A stretch of 64,000 nt of DNA from NCBI GenBank assembly GCA_050084515.1, contig CM114271.1, forward strand, positions 37,262,001 to 37,326,000. The letters run 5' to 3'. Both the position numbers and the translations under genes were made by a program. The stretch comes from Blasia pusilla. Lineage: Eukaryota. This document shows positions 38,452 through 53,479 of the stretch, one piece after another. The notes under the pieces were generated by a model that was given only the letters and a program-made list of their open reading frames with translations, searched no databases and was not told the origin of the DNA. Numbering within the stretch: the first letter of the stretch is position 1; each line of letters opens with the position of its first letter.

Positions 38452-41400
38452 AAATCAGACCTATTGCAAGGCCAAGAATGTGCAATGGTCAAGATCATGA
38501 TCATTGTCACTTGCGAGCTTACTTTAGCGCGAGCGGGCACCGGTGACTTGACCCTGGGACAGGGACAGGGACAGGGACCAACAGAGGAGGACGCTAGGAG
38601 AGACAGAATGGGGGCAACGACTCATCCATGAACATGCGTAAGGGCTCTTACCGCGTCTGGAAGAAACGGCGTTCAGGGAAGGGCCACCAAAATGAACCCA
38701 AAGAGAATGGCTCAAGGGGAGAAACAAATGGAACGAAACAACAAGGTGCCTCTGTAGTTGTCAGGAGTGCATGGAGGCTGACGTGGTGAGGAAATTCTTT
38801 CGAAAAGTACACTAAGCGCAAGAATGAGTGGCGAACGCCCAGCACGCTGTGCTAGTCATTGCTCGCTCGCGAAGTCCTTCCCGTGGTTCTCGACTACAAG
38901 TGCGTACGCTTCATCCAGGCTTCTCTTTATCACCTCCCTTCAACACAGACTCCGATTTTATTCGTTCAGTAGAGCATTTCAAGGCTCCTCGACACCACCC
39001 CTCGACGGACAGCAAGTAGAAAAGAAGAATGAGACAGAAGAAAAGAGGAAAAGGGGATTCTTGAATCCATTTTCTTTCTTCGCTTCGGCCTGACCGGTCA
39101 CAACAGCTAGTAGTCCTTCGCTTTGCTTCTCGAGGTCTGCATGCATGCATGGCTGCTTGCGTCTTTCATTCCTTCATTCATTCTTTCTTTCTTTCTACCA
39201 CGGAATGATCTGCTAGGCTTGCCTTTCTCTTCTCCTCAGCGTCCAGTCGCTGCTGAGATTGAGATGCCAACGCCGTTGCTCTTCGCTCCTCCTCTTGTGC
39301 TTTCGCTACTCCACCTCCTCCTCCTGCTGCTTGCTCCTCCTTGCGCCCCGTGCTCCACGACCATCGGCTCCCACACTGGCCTTCTATCCTCGCCGTTCAT
39401 CCCCTCGCCCTATCCCCCCCTCCCCTCGCCGTCGTGTGACATAAGCTCCGCTCTCAATGAGCTCCGATATGCCCCGAGCATCTTCCATTCCCCTGCTCCC
39501 CATTGTGCGCTCCTCTCCCCCTATCCCAGACCGACAACCGGAGGCCCCGTACCGTACCGCGGGCGTCTTCGCTCTCTTTCTTCCAGCTTCCTCCGCGCCG
39601 CTTCATTATTCAGTTTTATCCAACAACTATTATTTAATTGTTTGGAAGCAACTTCCCCCGATAATTGCGATTATTTCCTTCTATTGTATCGAATCGTTTT
39701 GCGCGCGATTCTTTATTTAAGTACGTTTATTATGCTTTATTATGTCGTTTATCTCCGAAAGCTTATTATTTATTATCAACTTTCAACATATCGACTTTTT
39801 CCCCTTTTTTTCTCGAGAGCATGCTCGCAATCTATCTGCCCCATTCCCTTACTCTCCGTACTTTATTTTGTGCAAATTTTTATTTATTTGGACAAAATTT
39901 CACAGATCAAGAAAAAAATTAACTGATAAATAATTTAGATTTTTAGTAATGAAAAAATGTTCAGTAATAAAACTAATGAGTAATTTTTAATGACAAAAAA
40001 TATTTTTTTAATTAACTTCTAAATATATATGGAGTCTTGAGGGCATTTTACAATATTCAACCCCTAAAATTATAGATTAATTTATTTCTGAGTTTGCATC
40101 TCTTTGGATATTGTATGGCTCACACCAATCAATAAGTTAATAAGTCAAGCCCAATTTGTTAGAGTTGTGTAAGAAGCATGATTGTGATAGGTACTCTTTT
40201 GGGTATCTTGTTTTTCATGTCTTTGGTTGACATTGTTCCAAGAGCAACCAATGTTGGGTTTGGAGGGCTATATTTTCCTTTTTCCCAACCTAACCAGTCC
40301 TTTTGACCTTGCACTTTCCCCTTTTTCTTGCTCATGGATTCTTTATTCTCTACAATTCATGATATCTTTGACTTGTTACGTATGCAATATGTCATTTCAT
40401 TTCTTTTCATGTTTGTTGTCTCATTTTCTTCTTTGCATCCATATGTCTCATCCCTTTTCCTTCTAAATTAGTTAATATTCATCATCTATTTTCTTACTTT
40501 CTTTAATTCTTAAACTAGTGTGTGTCCCTTTTCCTAAAGGGATTGGATGGATATAAAAATTAGTATTCCATGGAGGTAAGAAATCATTTAATTTAACTAA
40601 ACACGAACTGATAAAATTCAAATTCGTGTAAGCCATGTCGCTATGAAATTAAAGATCGTATTCGTGAGATTAGAATGACAAGAAAATAGCTAAATCATGC
40701 AAATCTTGTTAATTCTAAAATAAGGTCACACACAAACCTAGAAAATTCAAGTTTGTACAAGTCACGCCATAATGAAATTTGAATTTGTATCAGATTAGAA
40801 TTAAAATAAAATGACAATAAAACAACTAAATCACACTATTATTAATGACACGAACCTTATTAATTCTAAAAGAAAGCCACACAAATCCCATAACCATAAC
40901 GAATTCCATTTGTCACATGAATCCAATTAACTTCTCACGGATTAAAAAGTGTATCATTCATACAAAATCTTCAATCTATGCATAGTACACAAAATCACAC
41001 AAATCAAGTTGATGTGTTGAATAGCTTGCTAGGACATGAAACAAAACAAAATGTACATGTATGGCATGGGATGTAATCATAGAAATTTAATCTCAAAGAG
41101 GTTCATCTATGAAAAGGCATCCTTTTGAAAAATCTTTGAGTAGGAAGTACTTCCGGCCATAGTTGTAGAAAGAATAACTCAAAAATTTCCAAATCTCCTT
41201 TATAGTTTGTACAACATTTACATGACATTGAGTTTTTTCTATTGAAATGTTTCCAATGTTTTTCTCTTGGGCAATGAGACTCTCTCTCCTTGAATTTTCG
41301 TATTATTTTTCAATATAAGAGGATGCAAAGAATCTTGATTATTATATTGAGTATGGCAAGGATCAAGATGCTTTATGTATGCAATAGTGTGCTCATTCAA

Positions 41401-41965
41401 GTTCCGTGAAAACTTCATACCTTAAGTAGTTTTGCTCAAATTTGAACCATTATACTCTTTGCTTTTCTCACAAATATGATCCTCCAAGTAAAATTTCCTC
41501 ATACTAAGTTGTTGATCGCGCAATGCACTCGATCAAGTGGATGGAAACAAAAAGACCTCACAATTGGAGTATATAATAAGGCCATTAGAGACATGTTTAA
41601 TTTATAGAGTTGATGGATAAATTTCAGCTTAAACATATTAATAATCATACAACTCAAATTTTAAAATTTAAAAAAAATCCCTTGTTTTTTTTAAGAAATT
41701 AATGATCACTTATTTATCCAACCCTAGTCTCTCAATTAATAAATGAAGGTTACTCTTTTTGTTCAGAATTTTTTTCAAAATATTTGTTAGAAATCCCTCA
41801 CAACCAAGAACACTTAGAAATTTAAATAACTTCCATCCTTTTGAAAAATAATTCATTTCCTTTTTTCTTCTCTTTTATTCTTTCATTTTAAAAAATTTAA
41901 GGGGAAAACATCTCCCATTTCATATCCACACTCTTTCCATTAACCCCTTCCCAAATAAACCCTTA

Positions 41966-42572
41966 CTAGTTAGGACCCGTGAAGGGAAATTGCGATGCAC
42001 GGTCCCCTCCATGTTCCCCACCCCTAAGGCCTAAACTTGAATGCCCTCCCTTAACCACGCCATTCCTTACCCATGGGTCTTCTGGATTAAAAAAACACGT
42101 GTCTCGTTTTCTTGTGTCACCATAGGAAAACGCTCCTCTGTTAATAGTATAGATATGTCTCCCTACTCTTTCAACCCTTTCCTACTGCTAAAGATAGTTT
42201 TTGAAAGAGCCTAATTTTTTTATTATAAAGTTTAGCTCCATATGGAATACAAGATGATCAAGCTTTGTTTTCTTCTCTTATTGGAATTTGTTTACATTCA
42301 TCATACAATAGATTACAGCAAACAAGTCAATCTTTTTTTCTATATTCATAAAAATATCACTAGTTTATCTCTGACAAAGTATTATGATCACGATAATATA
42401 TCCATACTAGTGACGAAGGACTGCCTCCTGACGGTGGCACCTCTATGATTGATACTTGGTATCAACCATGCCCTCCCCTTCCAACGCCATCAAATTTAAA
42501 AATGAGGTTTGGTTAATTTTGTTAAGCGGGTTTAAGTTTGCATAATGTGCATCGCACATGAACCTTACTAGT
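41966..42572. mobile_element. Short non-autonomous Helitron-like sequence(s)
   Basis: atgtgcatcgcacat hairpin + CTAGT at 42545-42572 (+ strand). A similar gtgcatcgca..cacggg..CTAGT end reads on the minus strand at 41966-42006. Confidence 0.55.
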
Positions 42573-43079
42573 TTTTATTTATGTGTAATTAGTTAGAATT
42601 TGAGACATTTGAGACATTTCTTATGGTATTTGATTATCAAAATATTCATAACATTGTTGGACTTTTCTCGTACCATCATACAATTGTGATGTTATATAAA
42701 TAAATTTCCATACATTTTCCTTAACGACATTTAGAATCACTTGTTTACTTTTTATATACCTAGCACCAACACATTTAGAGGGATCTGGCAAGTCATAAGA
42801 GTTGTACCATAGTCGAACTATAGCCACAACATTGCAAGTGATGCACTCACATCCAACTCACCAGAATGAGCATTTGACTCACAGTTTGCCGCTCCAACAT
42901 GAGTATGAAGTTCTATTTTATTAAACTCATAGTCTTATCACGATTACTCGTATTTGGCTCATAATAATGTAGCTCACTTTTTTTTCCAAAATTCATAAAT
43001 TTGCATATTTTTTTCCAAATTCAGAAAATTTTAAACTTATAATAAATAATATAATTTTATTGAAATTTCATCCAATGCA

Positions 43080-44030
43080 TTTGACATTCAAATCACACCA
43101 GCCAAATGATGTAAGAAGGAAAGTATTTGCGCCTATATTGAAAAGTTTTGTACAAAACTGGCAATAGTGTCATGAATCTTAGCTATGTTGTTAGCTTCCA
43201 ACTAATGTGCAACACATGCATGAGAGGCCATGTTGGACTTGAAGAAGGTTCAAACCTTGAAGGTTTCCCAATAAACTTTATCGTCACCAACCTATTCCCA
43301 CTACCAATAGCTATAGCCTCCATAATAGGGTAAGTTGCTGCCATCAGATCTCATGTGACAACGCATAGGCACAAAGCATCTAGTGTATGCACTATATATT
43401 TAATGAGGACCTCCTACTATACAGTAGAGTGGCTACACGCTTTGTGCGGCGGATCTTCTCATATTCCTCGACCTCATCCTTGTTGTAGGAGCCATCATCA
43501 GAATGGTCATATCCTTCAACAAGCCAATCTAAAAGTTAAGCAGATCCAAGCCTATCAATGTTGGTATGTGTACCCGTAGTCCCTCCTCCTCCATCTTCGT
43601 ATCATCAACATGTCATGTTGCACCATAAATGAAAACGGAGTTGATAACTTTGTTGAAAATAGTAATTTAGAAGACATTACATGAATACTAAAGTTTCAAG
43701 AACCCAACATGGATGCCATAACATCTTGATCAACAAAGAGATTATCTCTAGTCTTTCACCCTTAGTGCACATCATCCACAACTTGATGATCTGGGAACTT
43801 CCCATACCTCATAAACTACACAAGCCACCCATATAGTTAGTTAAGTATTATATGATACAAACTAATTAATCCCTACATTCTAAGGGCGCTACAAGGTAAA
43901 AGTTACCATCAAATGCATGTCAAAATGCCTACTTTCCTTCTTGACTAAAGGAGTGAACCCCCTTCAACATTGAAGCAAACGCCTTGCTTCCATCAATCAT
44001 TGTTAATCCACCCGCTCTATCCGCGAGTCT
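43080..44030 (-). pseudogene. Possible decayed hAT transposase remnant
   Basis: Only faint motif resemblance (QVVDD-like text near 43780). No intact ORF. Confidence 0.3.
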
Positions 44031-44119
44031 CCTACTAGTCCCAACTCCCTATATAGGATCGACATCCACAATGCTCTATTGCAGTTTGTTTGTGCTTTTA
44101 TATTCAACACCTACGTCTC

Positions 44120-45632
44120 TAGTGATGGTGACGGTAGACCGATGATGATGACTATGACGGTGACGGCTACGGCCGCCGCCGGTGTGGCGGCTGGTTTAGG
44201 GTTTGAACAATTTAACCCTAAAGTTGCCTAGCAATGGCAGTTTTGCAAGATTAACTATAACTTTTTACTGGAAACTCCAAATTGAGTATTTTTTGTTGCA
44301 CAATGTGTACAGCTTCACAATCTACAATGACATCAACAAATATTTGGAATTGAACATTCCAGTAAAACTTGACAGAGACTGTTGTAAAGCCCAATATCTC
44401 TTTCTCCTACACAAAATTTGGCAGCGCTTTTGCGCTTATTTCTCTCAACCAAAATGTAAAACCTATAAAAATACAAATCAGCAAGCTACATGGTGCTCCC
44501 GAGAGAATTGGCATGGGGAAACCCGCCCCAATAATCAATCCCTATCAGAAATTGGGCAGCGCTTTCGCACGCCACTCTTCCACACGAAAAATCGGCAAAT
44601 GCAAAGAACAATCAAAGCAGCCCTTGCTCTGGTGAGCACTCCCATGAGTTGTTGAACGGGGATCACGGTCCCGAACCTGCAAAAAGAGCGAGTGACTAGC
44701 GAGCTCCCCCATTAAGCTCTCTCACTCTCTCATTTTCTCTTTGTAAAATAAGATCCAATCTCTCTCTACACCATTTCACACCATAGCTCTCAAAGGTGTG
44801 CACTCTCTCTCATGTCAAACAAAACCCACTCTCCTAATGAGAGGCTTGGGTTACACTCACAAGGCAAGGGACCATAGCTCCGCCGCCTCATGCCAAGACG
44901 TTCAACAAAGAGAGAATGAGCTCTCAAGCTCTCTCTCCTTGAGGTATACCCCTCCCCTCTCCCAAGCTCTCTCTATGGTAACTTGTTCTCCCAAGTCACC
45001 TCCTTGGCTCCTCCTGTAGTGACGCTGCTCAAAACTCCTCCATAGATAGTGCGGTTCCAGCGGAACGGTGCGGCGTTGCAAGCGGCACGGAACGGCTACG
45101 AACGGCACGGCCCTCGATGGTGGGATGTAGCACTCAGTGGCATACCCTCCTCAATCAACAATAAACCCACACTCTGCTCCACAATGACGGTGCGACTCCG
45201 CGATCGAGACGGTACGATGCGGCCACGAGCGGCACGGCGCGGCAATGGGTGGCGCGTTGTGGCTATAGGTGCACGGCATGGTACTCGATCTTCGTCAAGC
45301 GGCTACCAATCACAACATAGCAGCATGAAATCAAAATTCAAACACCATAACCAGAGGTCATCTGCCGTCATTGGTTGACGACGAAACTTCGATGACGATG
45401 CCGACCAAAACAAAGTACTTGGTGGCGATGCAATTCAGAGAATCAACGAACGTCGTGGAAGACCCTGCACTCCGTAATAGTGGCAATGGCAACCAAAGGG
45501 TGGACAACGGCTGAATGCGACTCTAAGCAACGCTGGGCAACAGCAACGGCCGACGGTGGACCGTTGACGTTGACGTTGATGTTGACGGTGATGGTTGACC
45601 GTTGATGGTGACGGTTGAACATTGAAGGTCAC
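44120..45632. repeat. Uninterrupted ~1.5-kb copy of an unclassified repeat
   Basis: Matches 1-908 and 7670-7936 in inverted orientation, with no gypsy insertion. Confidence 0.9.
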
Positions 45633-47239
45633 AACTCTCTTCCAAAGTTGGAGGAGGAGCAATGCCTTGTGGGTCGTTATCATAGCATAGTAACATTAAT
45701 CAAATGTGAACCTATTGATCATATTTTGGATGCACTTCGAGTAAATGGAAGCTCCATCATAGTTCTCAACCATAATGGTCGGTCCATCCACATATTACAT
45801 ACAAGCATACGCTCATACACTTGCCACACAATCAGGAAAATAAATTTCTCTACTCGTCATGTTGTCGGATAACCTAGGGCACTCAACATAATACTCCATA
45901 AGCTCCCAAATGTGGAATGCCCTTATCCCATGTGTGGAGATTTTAATGCCTTATTGGTCATATTCAACCCTATTGTTGTGGCCCTCATAGCCCAACATGC
46001 GATGATGCAAAACATAAAAACTCTAGTGAGCTCACATTAGGATGTCAACACGTCAGCTCGCGTGTCAGAGTCCCTAGAATGAGATTTGAGTTGTAAGAAA
46101 TATGCAAGCCATGTTGGGCATCTCAAGTGATGATGTAACCTAATAAACTAGACCAAATACCAAGCAAGACTTGAGAGAAGCTTAAGTCCCACAAGAGCTG
46201 GGCACCAAAAGGATTACAACCGGACTTGGAACATGACTAAGCGTTTGGGGGTTTGCCACATTTGATGTCATAACGGATAGATCCAAGATTCTTTTGGGAT
46301 GAATAAGGTGGTGTTGGAAAGCTTACAAGAAGAAAATTCCAATGCACTAAAGATTCACACAAAGGCATAAGAAGAGATTGAGAAACCATCCCTAAACTAT
46401 CAGAATGAAAGTTGGCTTGAGGGCCACAAGGAGCGTCCTAAGAGGACTTACCCAAATGTAGGGAGGGGGGGAGATCTCTATACCTATATATAAGGGGGAG
46501 GGTATCCAATAAAGTCTAGGACCCCACCTTGGAGAACCATGGGGATCAAGCAAGGGCATAATGACTACAACACTTGCAACCACCAAAATGCAATAGCACA
46601 CACTCCCCTCTCCTCCCTCTCTATAATGGAGTTCTTCCAAGCTAAAGAGTCCCCAATATTTTAAGCAAAGATTGGGTAAGAGTGTACGAAAGTTACATGT
46701 GAGTTGATCATTGCTACTCACGGAATGAGAGAGGCGCATGAAATTCAACATTGATACGGCATTTTAGATAAAGAGCTCGGGGGAGAGATTAGACGGAATG
46801 TTGCTAAAAACAACAATGCCCATATTACAGATGGTCTTCAAGTTGTTTAAGCGGATTGAGCTCAACATGAACGAGGAGCATGTAAAGACCACCTGATTCC
46901 CATGAGAGTTAGGAAGTCCACAAGTGTTAGTAGCCTACAAGTTTCCCAACATATACAAATCCATAACAGCGATTCAATGAGTAGAACGCATATCTTGAGC
47001 CCATGAGGAAATGGTCAATGCAACATACATTGGTCAACAGGGATCAAGTTTGGTCTAGTGGACATGTGGTGGATCCCATAGAGGGGGGGGATTGTAGACA
47101 ACATGAAGAATAGTGGGGTGTAGAGAGCACCTTACATGGCTCAAGAAACACCTCACATGGCACTACCACAATCATAGAGTGATGATTATGTTTGTGTGAT
47201 ATTATATAGATGTGAGAGTATTTGTAATGTTACATACAT

Positions 47240-48445
47240 CTATTAGGGGTTGCGCATTCGAATTGCATGTAGATTGGAGCATGTTTGGTCTAGGAGTGAT
47301 GCTTACTTGGAGAGATGACAAGCAAAGAAAGTTCATTGTGGCTTATGCGAGCCTATCAAACAATATTGCATAGGCAAAATACAACTCCTACAAGGGAGAG
47401 AACTTAGTTGTAGTGTGGGGTGTGGCACATTTCAAGTTGCTACATATTTGGCGATCCTATCATGCTCATCGTTGATCATCAACCATGGAGATGGTTGATG
47501 GAGGTCGACAAGCTTACATGGAAGATTGTGAAGTGGGCTCTACTACTATTGGAGTATGACTTTAGATGGTTCATAGGCGAGGACAGTTGAACAAAGATGC
47601 AGATAGTTTGATCATGAGTTGAAACCCATGCATGAGTTAGAGAGACAATACAAAACTTAGATGGCCTTGAGAGAGTGATGAGGAGACGATGCTCGATTGG
47701 AGTGCATCTACCTTCCTTTGTTGGTTGACTATGCCAAGCCAACCGTAGGTCCCGGCTCCAATAGTGAGCCGTATGATAAGTCTTCAATTCCAAAGGTCAA
47801 TGAGGAGGCAATGTGTAGTCATGATATCCATTATGATATGAAGGTTTTGGATCCCCTACTTACTAGCATCACAATAAGCATAGTGAGTACTAAGAAGTGA
47901 GACTAATTCCTACGAAGAGACTAGAGGCTTGGGTGGGAGCTGACACACCTTTTATGATAGCGGGGGAATGATAGGGTGTGGATGGTGCCTCATCCTTCCT
48001 AGCAATCATGTGTTGTGTGACATGCCCATGAGGATTTGGGGCCTTCTATAGTAAAGCATACTTACAACTTCCTCTAGTTTTGGTATTGGGGATATACATA
48101 CTGAGATTTAGCTTTTTATAACCAGATGTATGGTTTGTGAACAAGTAAGAGCATCCTTTAATGCTCCCAATCTATAGCTATATCCTTTGATGATTGTGAG
48201 GTTAGGCTCTCGTTAGACTTTATGGGCCCCTTGCCATTAACACGTCATCATCAAAGATATATGTTGTTCATGGTGTAGCATTCCTCCAAGTGGATAGATT
48301 TGGTGGCACTAATGGACAAGGTAAGCAAGATAGCAACTTGTGCATTTTTTGATCGCATGTTTACTCATTATGGTGCATCAACGAAGGTGGTTACAGAAGA
48401 TGGTACCAAATTTAGAGGGAAGTTTCAAGCCTTGTGTGATCAAGG
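47240..48445 (+). pseudogene. Decayed Ty3/gypsy RNase H-integrase of the same family as 909-7669
   Basis: DNA colinear with 5570-6770 (gattggagcatgtt, gtggcttatgc, gcacatttcaag, catgcccatgagga, gccttgtgtgat). Confidence 0.88.
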
Positions 48446-48539
48446 TGGAGTAGTAAGAGGAGACAAAGAGAGGAGAGAAGAAACTATCCTCAACCCAAAG
48501 AGATACTTTTTAAGAGAGTTTCTTGTGATTTGAAAGATG

Positions 48540-50185
48540 TCTTGTGCTAACGCATTGCTACACAATCCTCATCGCAGGTCAAATCTACACATCACGCAAC
48601 ACCAATCTTCCCAACGTATAGGTAGATCCCTTCATATACAAAACTAACTCGCGCATATATATTGAGACCCCACAACAAAAATCAGAGTAAAAAGCGCTCA
48701 CTTGACCTAAGACTCAATTCCTAAATCTACATCAGCATATCGAGCCACACCCACCCTCTGCTCTGAGGGAATCCGGATGCTGGCACCCTAGTTCCTACCT
48801 ATACAAGCAAGAGAGGTGCTCCCAAGGCCCAACATGAGAAAGATTGCTTGAGATATCCATCTCTCCCTCTCTTATACCTTGAGAAGAGCCTTTTGGCTCT
48901 TCCTCCAAAAATAGCCATCCCAACCGTAATCTACGTGCACCTTCATAGGTTTCCAGATGACTGTTGACTCAATCAACGGATCACCTAGCTGACAAAGACC
49001 AAAATAGAGAGATTATCATAGATAATGTTCTCGATGCAAGAGACTTGTTGCCAATATCATCCGACATCTTAGGACGAAGCCACATCCGAATAGCCCGTTG
49101 ACCCTCTATGTCGTTAATGCAATAGAACTCTACCAACGTCCAACTAAGATGTGACAATTATTATGCGCAAACACATGGCTACAAAATCCACATCATTGGT
49201 CATATCTACACACCACACAACATCAATCTTCCCAACGCACTGGTTGATACATCCATAAACAAAATGAACTCACGCATATACATTGAGACCCGGCAACCGC
49301 CCCCCTAGCTGAAATTTGGGTCCCCCTAACTCCAGATGGCACTCACATACCTACCTAACATGATTTACTATCCTACACACATCTAGCACCATCACTGCCA
49401 TCGTCCTTGCAACACGGCAACACTATAGCCATATGTCGTGTTGATCCCTCCAAAGAGATCTAGCACTCTCGTACTGTACTCCAACGCTGCCACGCAACAT
49501 ATGTAGTACCCAAAGATATGAAATCACCAATCTAAGAGCACGATTGTCACCCGACTCTATATGCTCTAATAGATAGGCATGGCTCCACACATACCTCATA
49601 AGTTCGTCTGCACTCCAAGCATCTCAATGCTCGTTCCCAACAATAGTAAATAGGTCTTTGCACCATGGGAAGAGACATCTACTCTAGCATGTCTCTCCGC
49701 AATGGGAATTTCCTTTGCGTGTGTGCTCCTCTCTAACAACTCTCTTGATAAGCTAAAACCACATGTGAATGTTGCCAACGTGGTCATCGTATCCTCATGT
49801 GGTCGAACACTACTATCTTATGCAAATTGCACTTGTAGATGGCTTACCCTTCCATCATCTGATCGCCACCCTGGCCCATAAGAAACCGTCTCCTTCAAAA
49901 AATCCAAGATGAAACCAAGGGGGTACAACACCATAATCTCTACCAACATATCACATGACTTTGTCAATGTTGTAATCACCCGAGTGCGCACTATCGCACT
50001 ATCAGACTTATGCTCTGCTTGGAGTCTAACCACCACCTCCTTTCAAGTCATGTATTGCATGGATGATGCACCCCCAATAGAGGTCCGTATCTAAAAGGGA
50101 AAATGCTCAATATCGCCTTTCCGTAAACCCAACGTAGAACACATTGCCTTCCCTAACATCAAGGGCTACAGATTATAATCAATGC
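48540..50185 (-). mobile_element. Internally deleted Ty3/gypsy copy: protease region, methyltransferase motif I, then PPT and LTR-like sequence
   Basis: ORFs 49818-50036 and 49596-49787 parallel 3100-3450. RVLDLFGGINT is at ~49469-49437. The PPT region gctaggggggcgg matches 7250-7293, followed by TG at ~49295. Confidence 0.8.
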
Positions 50186-50647
50186 ATAGCTAGAACTCCT
50201 CTTGAGATAAAGTCCATATTTGTGGGGACATTCGTGGATGTGTTTCAAGACGTCGCATACAAATGGTGGTAGAGTCTGAGAGAGACTCTTGGAAACCAGA
50301 TAAGTACCTTGACTTCATACAAGTCACACGTCAACATCGAGGAACAAATGCAATGATTGATCTGGATGATAAAATCCCCCCACCAAGATATTCAAAAATA
50401 CCAAATAGCTCCCAAGTTTGAGTTTGAGTGTCTTTTGAAAAATCCTTGAATATCTTATTTATGAATTATTCTGTTGCTAGGGCTTCCCATAATCCTAGCT
50501 CGGGGATTATTCTACAATATGATATTCCTGTCATAGAGGCAAATTGCAATCTCAAAAGATGGTGTATTTTTGGAAGTAACCCTACACGCGGAGCCACCTA
50601 TACGGCTGGATTTGATGGAATAAGAAGAGCAAAGATATACATCTCGT

Positions 50648-52403
<1,756 letters not shown>

Positions 52404-53479
52404 GCACGCCATCCTATGTGGCTTTCTCCCCAACCCTCACTCCTGTCTCTAAACCTGCGAACTCCAGCGCACACATCCTTATGCCGGCTTGCTCTTCCCA
52501 GCCCTTTGCTTCTTCACTTACCCTGTGAGACCCCCAGTTGCCTTCCCTGCACTGTGCCATGTGCACCTTCCTTTATCTTTAGAGTGAGAATAGTTTCTCC
52601 CCCCGTTATCTCGGAGCCTTAATGGTTGCCCCTAAATCTGTGGATGACCCCAAACTCTCCTTCCTTCAACTCCGGGCACCTGCATGGGCACGTATACCTA
52701 TGCGCCTTGCCCCCAACCCCGTTCCTGCCCTCAGGTAGAGTGTACCTAGTAGGTACACATATACCTGCTAGATATAAAATAAAAATATATATATGTAGAA
52801 AAAGGATGGGAAACCCATCACGATACAAAAGAGGGGGCATGGAGACCCAAAAAATAGACCTCAAGAAGCCGGAACCGGCCCCGAGGAGAAAGAAGGGGGC
52901 CTTCCCCCCTAGCGACCAAAATCACCAACAGCAGAGACAATATCAGCAACACCTAAAGAACTATGACTACTACTAAGTGGGCCTCTAGCATTGGCGTCTC
53001 CAACCGCCTGAGCCCGCCGCAGAAGCCCATTTGCCTAGGCGCGCTGCAAAGCTATGGAGACCCGTTGCTTACAATAAATCCAATAGGTTAATTCACATGA
53101 AGAAATAAAAAGGGCTTAAAAGGATAGCTTCACAAGCTACATCGAGAAATGCAACATGTCAGAATCCGACGGGTTGCAGGACTCGTCAAGATAAGTTTTG
53201 CTTATCATCCTATCGTAAGAATTTCTGTCGAGGTCTGCAAATATCGCAAGACACGAGAATTTTTGCATCCATCTTCAGTCATCAAAGTTCAGTTTTGGCC
53301 ACCCTAAAGGAGAAACAAAAACACAGACCATTACAGGAAAATATAACAGACAAGTCCCATACATGAGAAATAAGAAGAGAATAAACACTGTCAACTCTTA
53401 TAATATGTTGCAACCCGATCTTTGGTTTGCAGCGCATCAGAATCCATATCTCTAATGTAGCAGGACTCGCTAATTTAGG

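Noticed and set aside
39123-39926. 267-aa ORF upstream of NF-YB
   Set aside because: Low-complexity Leu/Pro/Ser text from a pyrimidine-rich promoter-like region, with a non-ATG start and no recognisable domain.
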